This document shows, piece after piece, positions 8,761-16,978 of a stretch of DNA of 64,000 nt; the stretch's first letter is position 1, and every line of letters begins with the position of its first letter. The notes beneath the pieces are model-generated. The model was not told the origin of the DNA. It did no database searches and worked only from the letters and a program-made list of their open reading frames with translations. Source of the DNA: a virus. Position numbers and translations under genes: made by a program. The DNA lies in IMG/VR virus record IMGVR_UViG_3300027901_000001; one strand, given 5' to 3'.

Positions 8761-9134
8761 TGCAGCCCTCCATCTTCTTTCTGTCCCTCTGCTTCTTCGG
8801 TTGCGCCATCCAGGTCCAGGCCACTGTCGGCCAGCCGATTGGCCAGGGCGTGCGCTCGACCTGACAGGTCGTAGTAGATAAAGGGCGCGGCTTTCGCCAA
8901 CACGAAAGTCCCCTGAGCCACGTTGGGCTTCGTTGTTTTGCTGTCACGAGAGATGCAAATAATCATGCCGCCAAGGGCCTGGTCGGCCGTGATCTTGGCG
9001 AGCACATTCAGCATGTCAGCGATGATGGAAGCCGACCCTTCCGGGATACCTTTCTTGTCCACGGCCTCCGACATTTTTCTCAGCAAGTCGACTATGCGAA
9101 CGCTCTGATCATCCTTGACATATTTGGTTGGCAT
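8757..9134 (-). CDS. hypothetical protein
   Basis: ORF track; GAGG ribosome site. Confidence 0.65.
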   Translation of the reverse strand: MPTKYVKDDQSVRIVDLLRKMSEAVDKKGIPEGSASIIADMLNVLAKITADQALGGMIICISRDSKTTKPNVAQGTFVLAKAAPFIYYDLSGRAHALANRLADSGLDLDGATEEAEGQKEDGGLH

Positions 9135-9151
9135 CTACCCTCCTCTTTGCC

Positions 9152-9322
9152 CTACAGCTTCACACCCGCATCGTCGAGAACGGTTTGAATCTCACGTTCG
9201 AGGTCGCCCCGAATCTCCGCCTTGATGTCGTGGTCGATCTCGTCCCACGTCTGCCGGAACCCTCTCCGGTCGAGCAGGTCTTTCAGGACCGCATCCCTTA
9301 TTCTCTGTGCCAATGTGCTCAC
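9152..9322 (-). CDS. 56-aa hypothetical protein
   Basis: Not in ORF track; MSTLAQRIRDAVLKDLLDRRGFRQTWDEID..., GTG start after AAGGGG. Confidence 0.6.
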   Translation of the reverse strand: MSTLAQRIRDAVLKDLLDRRGFRQTWDEIDHDIKAEIRGDLEREIQTVLDDAGVKL

Positions 9323-9406
9323 GATTACCCCTTCCTAGCGCCGAAGATTCGGGCGCGAACATGAAGTTCTGATCGTCAAGTTCACCTGTTTTTTTCCTAC
9401 ATCTCC

Positions 9407-9685
9407 CTACTGGATAGGGGGCTTCGACCTCAACCCCAACGCCGCATCGGTCAACCGCGTCAGCTCCTCGAAATACTCTGTGATGTCGAACCACACCTCG
9501 GTTCCGTCATCGCACTGGAAAACATCGTACCTTTTGCCGTCCTTGAGCTGCATGGCGCGTGTTATGTGCCGCTTGCCCATCTGCTCCAGCTTCTCGTACA
9601 TCTGGCTGATATTTTCCTTTGTAAACGCCAGCGGATCCTGCTCGCCATAGATGACCTCGAACTGCACGACTACCTTTTCAGCCAC
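9407..9685 (-). CDS. hypothetical protein
   Basis: ORF track; GGAGG ribosome site. Confidence 0.65.
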   Translation of the reverse strand: MAEKVVVQFEVIYGEQDPLAFTKENISQMYEKLEQMGKRHITRAMQLKDGKRYDVFQCDDGTEVWFDITEYFEELTRLTDAALGLRSKPPIQ

Positions 9686-9686
9686 G

Positions 9687-9827
9687 TTACCCTCCCAGAA
9701 TATGGTGGAGCGCCACCATGCCCCAGTAGCACACCGCGATCACCAGGACAGGGATGACCAGGACCAGGACTATCCGAGCCAGCTCTCCGGCCGTCAGCGG
9801 CGCGTCGGTTTTTGGGCTCTCGCTCAT
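9687..9827 (-). CDS. small membrane peptide
   Basis: ATGA coupling; single TM helix. Confidence 0.55.
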   Translation of the reverse strand: MSESPKTDAPLTAGELARIVLVLVIPVLVIAVCYWGMVALHHILGG

Positions 9828-10078
9828 GGGTTTCCTTCTGCCTTCCTCATCTCCTCGATGTCGAGGTACTCCACGGCCTGCCCGCAGCAGATACAGGTAT
9901 CGGCCGCCATGAGCCTGAACCCGGCCTTTTCGTCGCGGCCCACCAGCAGCACGCCGTGGAAACAGAACGGGCACTCGGACCGGTAAGGGCTCTCCCCGGT
10001 CCGCTTTAGGTGCGCGTGGACCACCTGGATCGGCGGATTGTGGAGGTTGATGCCGGTCTCTTTTTCGAGGTCTCTCAT
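9824..10078 (-). CDS. zinc-ribbon protein
   Basis: CPFC...CICC; ATGA coupling at 10075-10078. Confidence 0.65.
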   Translation of the reverse strand: MRDLEKETGINLHNPPIQVVHAHLKRTGESPYRSECPFCFHGVLLVGRDEKAGFRLMAADTCICCGQAVEYLDIEEMRKAEGNP

Positions 10079-10410
10079 GTGATCGTCCCGTCCCACTTCA
10101 GATATTTCAGTCCGCGCAAATCGACGCGCTTCGGCTTCCCTTTGAGAGACATCCCCCACGCCTCCAGATCACGGCCTTGTCCCAGGATCTCCCTTGCGCT
10201 GCCCTCCAAGCACCTCTTCAGGACGCTCATTTTGGTGGTCAAATCTCCGAAATCGACGGTGTAGCGCCTGATTACAACAATGGCCTGGTTGTCGCCCCGG
10301 ACTATACCCTTGGCCTTCGAGACCGCCTGATCGAAGCGGTAGAAGTACCACTTCGCGTCCTCATCACCGACGTACCGCTTGTCAATGAGACCGTACAGAG
10401 CACTCGGCAT
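10075..10410 (-). CDS. hypothetical protein
   Basis: ORF track. Confidence 0.6.
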   Translation of the reverse strand: MPSALYGLIDKRYVGDEDAKWYFYRFDQAVSKAKGIVRGDNQAIVVIRRYTVDFGDLTTKMSVLKRCLEGSAREILGQGRDLEAWGMSLKGKPKRVDLRGLKYLKWDGTIT

Positions 10411-10723
10411 CGCCGCCTTCCTCCTCCGTCAGCTCCAGGTGGATGTCGATGGAGCCCCCCTTCTTCAGCAGCTCCCTGGGAACGGGGATGCTGACGGCCT
10501 CCTTCCCCTCGCGCCTCCTGTCCCGCTTCTCCAGCTCCCTCTCGGCACGACTGGCAACGAGATAGATGAGAAGCCACAACGATATCACCTCGACCGACGG
10601 CTGTTCGCCAAGCAACAGCCAGCCGATTCCGAGCATTAAAGCCGCCAAAACTGCCGTGAATATGGTCGCGCTTATCCAGCGCACAAAATCCTCCCCCATC
10701 TTCTCCTTCTTCGCCTTCTCCAT
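10382..10723 (-). CDS. membrane protein (2 TM)
   Basis: Two hydrophobic helices. Confidence 0.6.
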   Translation of the reverse strand: MEKAKKEKMGEDFVRWISATIFTAVLAALMLGIGWLLLGEQPSVEVISLWLLIYLVASRAERELEKRDRRREGKEAVSIPVPRELLKKGGSIDIHLELTEEEGGDAECSVRSH

Positions 10724-10751
10724 CTCCTTCTCCTTCAGAAACTAAAGCTGA

Positions 10752-11387
10752 TTACGCTTTTCTCTCACTCGCCTCTTTTCCAATGAATTCCCGCATCCTT
10801 TCTTCTCCGTCTAAAGCTCCGATCAACGCCCATCTCACGGCAACCGCCATAGGCAAAAGGTCTCCCATCACCCCAATTGCTTCTGCTATCCTCTGTGCCA
10901 CTCGCTGCGACCTTTCAAAATAGAAGTGGTTGTCCACCTGCCAAGCGCGCCCGATGATTTTCTGCACCTGCCTCGATTCACAAACAGAAGGACCCTCCAG
11001 CATAAAATACGTCCTACACATAACGGGCCTGCTCTGATAGGCCAAACACGACTTGTCTCTTTTTAAGAAAACACAAGGAATTCCGCACAACTCTTTCCAC
11101 GCATCTTCCCTAGCAGAAGCCCGGTTGCAGACCGCCATCTCACGAAAAGCGCGCCTTTCCACAACGCGACACCATCGCTCGAATTTCTCCGGATCTGTCT
11201 TCTGGTCTATCAAATCCAAGACAAGCAGTATGGCCTCCGGAATCGTTATCTCCAGAAACTGATGGCAGCACCACGCACACCCTTTTTTGCAAGGGATTTT
11301 ACTCAATTGATCCGATGGAAAAGAAGCCACCCACCCATCAGCTTCACGGCACACATCTTTCAGCGGTTGCAGCACTTCCTTCTCCAT
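10752..11387 (-). CDS. YkgJ-family CxxxCxxCC cysteine-cluster protein
   Basis: IPCKKGCAWCC...CVFL...CLAYQSRPVMCRTY. Confidence 0.85.
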   Translation of the reverse strand: MEKEVLQPLKDVCREADGWVASFPSDQLSKIPCKKGCAWCCHQFLEITIPEAILLVLDLIDQKTDPEKFERWCRVVERRAFREMAVCNRASAREDAWKELCGIPCVFLKRDKSCLAYQSRPVMCRTYFMLEGPSVCESRQVQKIIGRAWQVDNHFYFERSQRVAQRIAEAIGVMGDLLPMAVAVRWALIGALDGEERMREFIGKEASERKA

Positions 11388-11433
11388 CTCCTTCTCCTTG
11401 GTGAAAATTTGGTCCGCACCGCTAGCTTGCTAG

Positions 11434-11802
11434 CTACACCTCCTGGTTTTTCATTTTCGCCATCGACAGCTCATCTTCAGCCGCCTTGATGATCTGGAAC
11501 ACATGGCCCGGCAGCGGCTTCTCCACCAGGCTGACCTCGATAACCCGAAAATCCATCTCCATCTTCCACAGGCCCCTGCTCTTGGGTTCCGACACCACCA
11601 CCGCCGTAACATCTGGCCCCGTCGCCCAGTCCATGCCAAGGCAGTCGACTGCCTTTTGGCGCGCCGCGCCCATGTCCCAGTACCGCTTCGGCCCAAACAG
11701 CCGCCGGGCTATCGCCTCCACGAACCACGGGGTTACGAGCCCGGCCGCCAGCAGCGGGGCCGACCTCCCTAAAAATTCACGCCTGGTCATCGGAGTAGGC
11801 AT
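11434..11802 (-). CDS. twin-arginine (Tat) signal protein A
   Basis: MTRREFLGRSAPLLAAGLVTPWFVEA. Confidence 0.7.
   Translation of the reverse strand: MPTPMTRREFLGRSAPLLAAGLVTPWFVEAIARRLFGPKRYWDMGAARQKAVDCLGMDWATGPDVTAVVVSEPKSRGLWKMEMDFRVIEVSLVEKPLPGHVFQIIKAAEDELSMAKMKNQEV
11638..11655. repeat. dispersed palindrome copy 2
   Basis: AA-GGCAGTCGACTGCC-TT, perfect 18 bp; in the KAVDCL codons. Confidence 0.95.
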
Positions 11803-12079
11803 CGGAACCCTTCCCTCCTATCGTAATCGTCCCGAAAAAATCGGGATTGATCCGCTTCTCCGCATAGCGATTTCTCACCCCCTCGATGTACTCCACGGCG
11901 TGGGGCGGACATACGTGAATGTCGACGTACCGGACGCCTCCGGCCCCCATGTCCCAGTACTTCTTGGGCGGAAACAGCCGCCTCATCACGGCTTCGACGA
12001 ACCAGGGCGTCACCAATCCGGCCGCCACCATCGGTGCGCTGCGCCTCAGAAACTCACGTCGGGTCATCCCTTGGGTCAT
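11777..12079 (-). CDS. Tat signal protein B (N-terminal duplicate of A)
   Basis: MTRREFLRRSAPMVAAGLVTPWFVEA...YWDMGA. Confidence 0.7.
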   Translation of the reverse strand: MTQGMTRREFLRRSAPMVAAGLVTPWFVEAVMRRLFPPKKYWDMGAGGVRYVDIHVCPPHAVEYIEGVRNRYAEKRINPDFFGTITIGGKGSDAYSDDQA

Positions 12080-12303
12080 AGGTCAGCGAACTCCCCTCTC
12101 CGAATCCGGTCTATCGTCTCCCGGCTCTCCAGCAGCTCATCGACATTGACGGTCATCGCCCCCGCCATCGCCGCGATCCCGTCGGACAGAACATCGTCCA
12201 CCTCATAGCCGTCCGTGATGAGCTTGATCATCCCAGTCACAAAGGGATCGTGGGTATTGGCCTCTATTTTCCGAAGCCGCTTCAGCGCCTCATCCTTGGT
12301 CAC
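12076..12303 (-). CDS. hypothetical protein
   Basis: ORF track; GGAGG ribosome site. Confidence 0.65.
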   Translation of the reverse strand: MTKDEALKRLRKIEANTHDPFVTGMIKLITDGYEVDDVLSDGIAAMAGAMTVNVDELLESRETIDRIRRGEFADL

Positions 12304-12679
12304 GGTACCTCCCCTGCCACCCTGGAAAGCAAGCCGATCCTTTTTTTTCTCCTTCAGTCGCTACCTTCAGCAATTCCTCAACCCACACCCGGTCAATTTC
12401 CTTGGCGATTTCCTCCGTCATCGCTTCCAGCAGCTCGCGCTCGAAATCGTCGCCGCCGAAGTCACCGAACAGCCGCTTACATTCCTCGTAGGACTTCACC
12501 TGGACCACCTGGTCCGTAGGCCCAGCCTCACCGACAAGGGGCCGTAAATCAGGCTTCTCGGGCTCCCCAGGGGGTAATTTCTCCCAGGCCGCCCGGACAG
12601 CCGAAACCGGCAGAATGCCGCCCGCGACCAGCGCCACCACTCCCCGCAAAAAACTACGTCTTGTCACAGTTCCTGGCAT
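12290..12679 (-). CDS. Tat signal protein C
   Basis: MPGTVTRRSFLRGVVALVAGGILPVSAVRA. Confidence 0.7.
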   Translation of the reverse strand: MPGTVTRRSFLRGVVALVAGGILPVSAVRAAWEKLPPGEPEKPDLRPLVGEAGPTDQVVQVKSYEECKRLFGDFGGDDFERELLEAMTEEIAKEIDRVWVEELLKVATEGEKKGSACFPGWQGRYRDQG

Positions 12680-12698
12680 GTTCCGTAACCACATCCTC

Positions 12699-12941
12699 TC
12701 AGTCCAAATCTCCGAACGGATCAAGGCCCAGATCGCGCATCACCTCTTGCGCCGCCAGCTCCTCATCCAACTCCCCCATCGCCATTTCTTCGTCGAGGCA
12801 GAGCTGCGCCGCGTCGCCCTTCGGAGAGGCTGTTTCCCTCCTCTCGAAGTCCTCCAGGGTGAGCACCTTTCGAGGCCGCCCTCTCCTACCTTTCTTCCTT
12901 ACCGCCACCTTCTGCTTCCTCCGTAGGGGGTATCGTACCAT
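12699..12941 (-). CDS. hypothetical protein (basic N-terminus, acidic C-terminus)
   Basis: ORF track; start uncertain. Confidence 0.55.
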   Translation of the reverse strand: MVRYPLRRKQKVAVRKKGRRGRPRKVLTLEDFERRETASPKGDAAQLCLDEEMAMGELDEELAAQEVMRDLGLDPFGDLD

Positions 12942-13242
12942 CCAGGGGAAGGGTTATCACCTTGGGATAGAAATACTTGAGATGCTCGGGGGCCACCTGG
13001 AAGGTACAATTCACGAGCCCCTGCTTCCTGGTGGGTTTGACCACCACATCCTTGAGCGTGACCTTTATACCGTCCGGCATCTCACACTCGATGTCCGGCA
13101 CCCGGATTCCCTTTGGCTGCCCAAGCAACCGCTCCAGGTACGTGTTGGGCACTCCAAATTCCTGCTCCCGTGGAAAAAGACGCTCAGATATGGCGTCTTT
13201 CATGCCGAGATTCCGTCCCATATCGAAAATCTTGCGAGGCAT
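12886..13242 (-). CDS. hypothetical protein
   Basis: ORF track. Confidence 0.6.
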   Translation of the reverse strand: MPRKIFDMGRNLGMKDAISERLFPREQEFGVPNTYLERLLGQPKGIRVPDIECEMPDGIKVTLKDVVVKPTRKQGLVNCTFQVAPEHLKYFYPKVITLPLDGTIPPTEEAEGGGKEER

Positions 13243-13249
13243 AAGACCC

Positions 13250-13465
13250 TCACTTCCGCAAAAACTTCCCGATCTCTCCGCTCATCTCCCGCGCCCGCGC
13301 CACATCACGATCATGGTACTCCTTCTGGATTGGCGTGCGCGTGTCAAGGCCCTCTGGCGTCGGGCAGGAACCCTCCCAGTCCGCTAATGCCGCCTTGAGA
13401 ATCTTCAAGTCATCCTTCGAGACGGCCAGCAGGTACTGTCCGGGCGCAACGATCATCGGTCGCAC
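13250..13465 (-). CDS. hypothetical protein
   Basis: ORF track. Confidence 0.6.
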   Translation of the reverse strand: MRPMIVAPGQYLLAVSKDDLKILKAALADWEGSCPTPEGLDTRTPIQKEYHDRDVARAREMSGEIGKFLRK

Positions 13466-13791
13466 TCCTTTGGTACAAAACTGCCGGGCTGAAGCCGGAA
13501 CACAATGTACTCCAGCGGCTTCGGAAATCTGGTCTTGAGATTTAATTCCTTAATATCCGGCCCTGCCTTTCTGAGCATCTCCAGGATGAACCATTCGGTG
13601 GCCAGGGCGACACATCCTGGATCGTTATGCACGAACACCGCCTCGGTCTTGTGCTTGCCGTCCAGAGTTTCGGCTTGTATTTCGGCCCACCGTTTTTTTT
13701 CCAAATCAAAAGGACACAGCCTTCCAAGATCGGTGGCCTGGAACGGTTCGACCTGCCGACAGCCATGACAGCAACCCAACGTCACCCTCAT
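13453..13791 (-). CDS. hypothetical protein
   Basis: ORF track; ATGA coupling; CCHGC motif. Confidence 0.6.
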   Translation of the reverse strand: MRVTLGCCHGCRQVEPFQATDLGRLCPFDLEKKRWAEIQAETLDGKHKTEAVFVHNDPGCVALATEWFILEMLRKAGPDIKELNLKTRFPKPLEYIVFRLQPGSFVPKECDR

Positions 13792-14354
13792 CGACCACCT
13801 CCAGATGTTTCACGTGAAACATGGCCCAGCGCCACACTTGGCGGCTCAGTCCAATGCCACTCGTTCTCCCCGACCAGAACGCCTTCCGCCCAGGCCCCGC
13901 TCGCTGTAACAAACCGGCCGGTGATCGTTTCGTGCCCTGCCAGACGTATCTCACCGCCGGTCCTATTCCACTCTTTGCACCTTTCCTCGTACTTCTTCAG
14001 CGCCGCTTCGTATTCCTCATCGGTCATCTCCCGGACGTAGGTAGGGGTCTCGGCATCATCATCCCATTCCCAAATCTCCCGCGTGGGTCTTTCCGGCGGC
14101 GGACAACGATAATCGAGTGTTTCCCGATCCATCTCCACGCTCTCACACCTCACAAATGGTTCCCCGGTGACAGGATGAACGTCAGTTGGCCACTTATCCC
14201 CAAGCATCTCCCGCTGAGACATACGAGGAGGAGGTGGCGGCTTCGACGGCTCCGGCACCTTGACCACCGTTCCGTCCGGCCACCGGACCTTGTAGGCCCC
14301 GTCGTGGTCCTTGAACAGCTCGGGCTCGGCTGATTCTCTACTCTTTTTCGGCAT
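13788..14354 (-). CDS. hypothetical protein ending HVSRETSGGGR
   Basis: ORF track; 3' end encodes the parS site. Confidence 0.65.
   Translation of the reverse strand: MPKKSRESAEPELFKDHDGAYKVRWPDGTVVKVPEPSKPPPPPRMSQREMLGDKWPTDVHPVTGEPFVRCESVEMDRETLDYRCPPPERPTREIWEWDDDAETPTYVREMTDEEYEAALKKYEERCKEWNRTGGEIRLAGHETITGRFVTASGAWAEGVLVGENEWHWTEPPSVALGHVSRETSGGGR
13806..13821. other. parS: canonical chromosomal-type ParB binding site
   Basis: Exact TGTTTCACGTGAAACA (18-bp palindrome 13805-13822). Confidence 0.85.
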
Positions 14355-14694
14355 TGACCCGCTCCGACTCCTCGCGCATCCGAACCAGAACGCGCCTCAT
14401 GGAAAAATAAAGGCTCTTCTCGGGCGCAAGGTGGCGCATGTACTGTTCGCCTTCCAACATCTTGCACAGCGTGTCCACCGTATCCCAGTTGGCCTGGACT
14501 TCTAAGGTTTTGATACCCGGCTCGTCCAGCTCAAACATATTCCGCCAGCCGTAGAGAAAACCGCCCTGCTGCGACGCCGCCTTGCACTTCCAGTCGTAGT
14601 GTGCCTGGGAGCACTCGATCATGTGGTCCAGTTCCGACCTCGTAATCTGAAGCCGGACCTCCACTTTGAACCTGAATCCCTTGATCTCAGGCAT
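14338..14694 (-). CDS. hypothetical protein
   Basis: ATG at 14694 with GGAGG upstream. Confidence 0.65.
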   Translation of the reverse strand: MPEIKGFRFKVEVRLQITRSELDHMIECSQAHYDWKCKAASQQGGFLYGWRNMFELDEPGIKTLEVQANWDTVDTLCKMLEGEQYMRHLAPEKSLYFSMRRVLVRMREESERVNAEKE

Positions 14695-15127
14695 CCTTGA
14701 TCGCCTCCAGGAGGTCCTCCACAGGAAGGTCCGATGTAGGGATGTTCTCGGCCCGGCATTTACGCAGCACCCCGGCGACCGCCCAGCCCTTATCGGTGAG
14801 CTTGAGGATGGGGTACATCCCGGTCCCTTCCCAGAGAATGAGTCCCGCCTGCACCATATCCTCCACACAGTCCCAGTCATCGTGCTCGGTCAGCTCATCC
14901 CCACCGCGCAACCGAGTCGGATATCCCTTGTCATTACCAACAGTCGGCAGACGGTCCCTATCGATGTCGCCACGGAGCACACGCCCCGGCCAATGCCGCA
15001 TTCGGGCAGCAGAGGGAATGCCCTTGTGATCGGTACACACTGTCTCGATGTAGCTCAGCGTGGTCAGATGATCCTTGCCCCACAGCTCCGGGGGCACCGG
15101 CTTTCCGTTGTGTTTCCTGGTCGTCAT
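14687..15127 (-). CDS. conserved phage hypothetical
   Basis: WGKDHLTTLSYIE...HDDWDCVEDM; ATGA coupling. Confidence 0.7.
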   Translation of the reverse strand: MTTRKHNGKPVPPELWGKDHLTTLSYIETVCTDHKGIPSAARMRHWPGRVLRGDIDRDRLPTVGNDKGYPTRLRGGDELTEHDDWDCVEDMVQAGLILWEGTGMYPILKLTDKGWAVAGVLRKCRAENIPTSDLPVEDLLEAIKDA

Positions 15128-15747
15128 CGGTTCCTCTCCGCCTCCGCCCGGCACCAGGAGCCCTGCCAGTCGCAGCGCCGCCCGAACCGCCGGTGGAGCT
15201 TGTGCATATCCGGCAGGTTGTCCGCGCAGATGTCGTCCCAGATATCGTGCCACACGGCGTCCCACCGCTTGTTTTTGGGCGGCTGCCACTCCAGGGCGTT
15301 GGCGTGGATGATGGTGAGCCGGGTGTTGGCCTTCCGGGCGATCTCGGCCAGCCAAGGCTCGACCAACATGATCACCTCCCTGGCCAGTTCCACTACGGTC
15401 ACGTGCTCGACCTCCGGCTTCATCAGGCAGGCCCGCGCCATCACCCCGAGCCCCAGGCCGTTAAGGAGCACGTCGCCCCTGGCCACACGAATGGCTAGCC
15501 GATGATCCCTAATCTCAGACGGTGTGTCGGACATCACCACCGTGCGCCTGTAGATGCCACCCTTGCGTACCAGCCGCGTATAGGTGCCCGCCGGAACAGC
15601 ACGCCCGCGCTCGCTAAAGCTGATTACCGCCCGAACCTCGCTGAACTTCGCATCTTCCTCGAATACCTCGTATCGCTCGATGGCATAATTCCCGGCGGTG
15701 CCCTCCGGCACGTCCACCTTGTACCTGTCGAACCAGCTCTCACTCAC
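15124..15747 (-). CDS. SAM-dependent methyltransferase / spermidine-synthase-like fold
   Basis: DVLLNGLGLG motif I, VTVVE motif II, WDAVWHDIW. Confidence 0.8.
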   Translation of the reverse strand: MSESWFDRYKVDVPEGTAGNYAIERYEVFEEDAKFSEVRAVISFSERGRAVPAGTYTRLVRKGGIYRRTVVMSDTPSEIRDHRLAIRVARGDVLLNGLGLGVMARACLMKPEVEHVTVVELAREVIMLVEPWLAEIARKANTRLTIIHANALEWQPPKNKRWDAVWHDIWDDICADNLPDMHKLHRRFGRRCDWQGSWCRAEAERNR

Positions 15748-16123
15748 GACTCCCCCCTTCCGGCAGCACCAGCCGCTTGTACGCCTCGCCGAAGTCGACC
15801 CGGCCCGCGACCATCCGGTTGAAAGCCAGCTCGATGTAGAGCTTCGGGTTGGCGTACTTGTTACCGCTGCGCTTGCCGATGAAATGCAGGCTCCGATTAC
15901 CGTGCTTGACCAGCGCGTCCTTCCAGTTCCCGATCGTCTCGTGGTAGCCGTCGATGACTACTGGCGGCACGTCCATGAACCGGAAGTGCAGCTCCTTCGA
16001 TTCGGCCCGACGGATGATGAGCCCGCAGTTGCGGGGCTCACCACGCATCAAATCCGGGACAGCCTTAGCGAGGTAAAACCTCACCTCCCGGATGCCCTGG
16101 CCCTTCTCTCCGATGAGCACCAT
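15740..16123 (-). CDS. DUF3037-like protein
   Basis: FYLAKAVPDLMRGEPRNCGLII resembles the DUF3037 N-terminal motif. Confidence 0.55.
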   Translation of the reverse strand: MVLIGEKGQGIREVRFYLAKAVPDLMRGEPRNCGLIIRRAESKELHFRFMDVPPVVIDGYHETIGNWKDALVKHGNRSLHFIGKRSGNKYANPKLYIELAFNRMVAGRVDFGEAYKRLVLPEGGSRE

Positions 16124-16130
16124 ATAACCT

Positions 16131-16158
16131 AAGTTATAGGTTGACGAGCGTTTGTCAA
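16131..16158 (-). promoter_or_regulatory. sigma70-like promoter, leaderless, with TTGA-N10-TCAA repeat
   Basis: TTGACA (16158-16153), 16 nt spacer, TAACTT (16136-16131), ATG at 16123. Confidence 0.65.
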
Positions 16159-16161
16159 GCC

Positions 16162-16650
16162 TTATCGGATACCGAGTGACGGATCGCCGATCACTATCTT
16201 CGCGCCGGGCACTTTCGTACCCGCTTTCAACGCGGCCAGGATAGCCTTGCGGTCTGGCGGCGGCGGACTGGGCTCGGCCCGATACTCGCTGGAGATCAGT
16301 GTCTCATCGTCGATCTGCACCTTCTCCTTGCCCTTGATGATGTAGATGGTGAACAGCGCCGTTTTGATCTTCTGCTTGTCCGCCGCCGTCATGTTCTCGC
16401 GCATGTAGGTCTTCAGCCGGGTAATGTTGTTCTCCACCGACTGACGCCGCCCGGCCAGCCGCGCCTCCTCCTCCTTCAGCACGGCGATATCGCCCTGGAG
16501 GTTCCTGACCACTTTAGCGCAGCCCTCCAGCTTGGTGTCGATCGCGTCGCTGAGGGTGTCCAGTACCGCCTGGAATCCTTCGCCGGTCTCGCTGTCGGAC
16601 ACCTCCAGCAGGTTCCGGTAGCTGCCCACCATTTCGTACAATTTCGCCAT
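16162..16650 (-). CDS. Siphovirus Gp157-family protein
   Basis: MAKLYE..., IDTKLEG, coiled coil, KIKTALFTI, DRKAILAALKAG. Confidence 0.9.
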   Translation of the reverse strand: MAKLYEMVGSYRNLLEVSDSETGEGFQAVLDTLSDAIDTKLEGCAKVVRNLQGDIAVLKEEEARLAGRRQSVENNITRLKTYMRENMTAADKQKIKTALFTIYIIKGKEKVQIDDETLISSEYRAEPSPPPPDRKAILAALKAGTKVPGAKIVIGDPSLGIR

Positions 16651-16666
16651 CTCCTTCTCCTCGGAG

Positions 16667-16978
16667 CTATTTCAGCCCCAGTTCGTTCTTTACCTTCACC
16701 CTGAGCACGGCGGCCCAGTCTCCTTCGGCCTTCTTCAGAAAGGCCAGAACCTCTGTCAGGAGCCGCTGCTGGCTCTTGATCGTCTCCGACTCAGTAACCC
16801 CCAGGTAGGTGAGCAGCTCCACGTCCAACGTCCGGCGCGCATCCTCGCGCCAGACATCGAACTCGGGACCCCTCTTCCGAGCCACCTGCCGATAGGTATC
16901 GACGGCCGTGATGACCCTTTCAAGAGCCGTCTTCCGTTCCGCCATCGGCACCCCCGGCACACAGCTTGCTACCGGCAT
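16667..16978 (-). CDS. hypothetical protein
   Basis: ORF track; start may be 16945. Confidence 0.6.
   Translation of the reverse strand: MPVASCVPGVPMAERKTALERVITAVDTYRQVARKRGPEFDVWREDARRTLDVELLTYLGVTESETIKSQQRLLTEVLAFLKKAEGDWAAVLRVKVKNELGLK

Noticed and set aside
8654-8947. ORF-track 97-aa minus-strand ORF
   Set aside because: Overlaps 8494..8760 and 8757..9134, which already tile the region with coupled starts
7748-9094. Partial palindrome matches around GTCGAC (about 7750 and 9085), plus half-sites near 39571 and 59633
   Set aside because: About 9/14 identity or half-site only; expected by chance in GC-rich DNA
13320-13348. TTGACA at about 13347 on the minus strand
   Set aside because: No -10 element at 16-18 nt spacing, and it lies inside a gene
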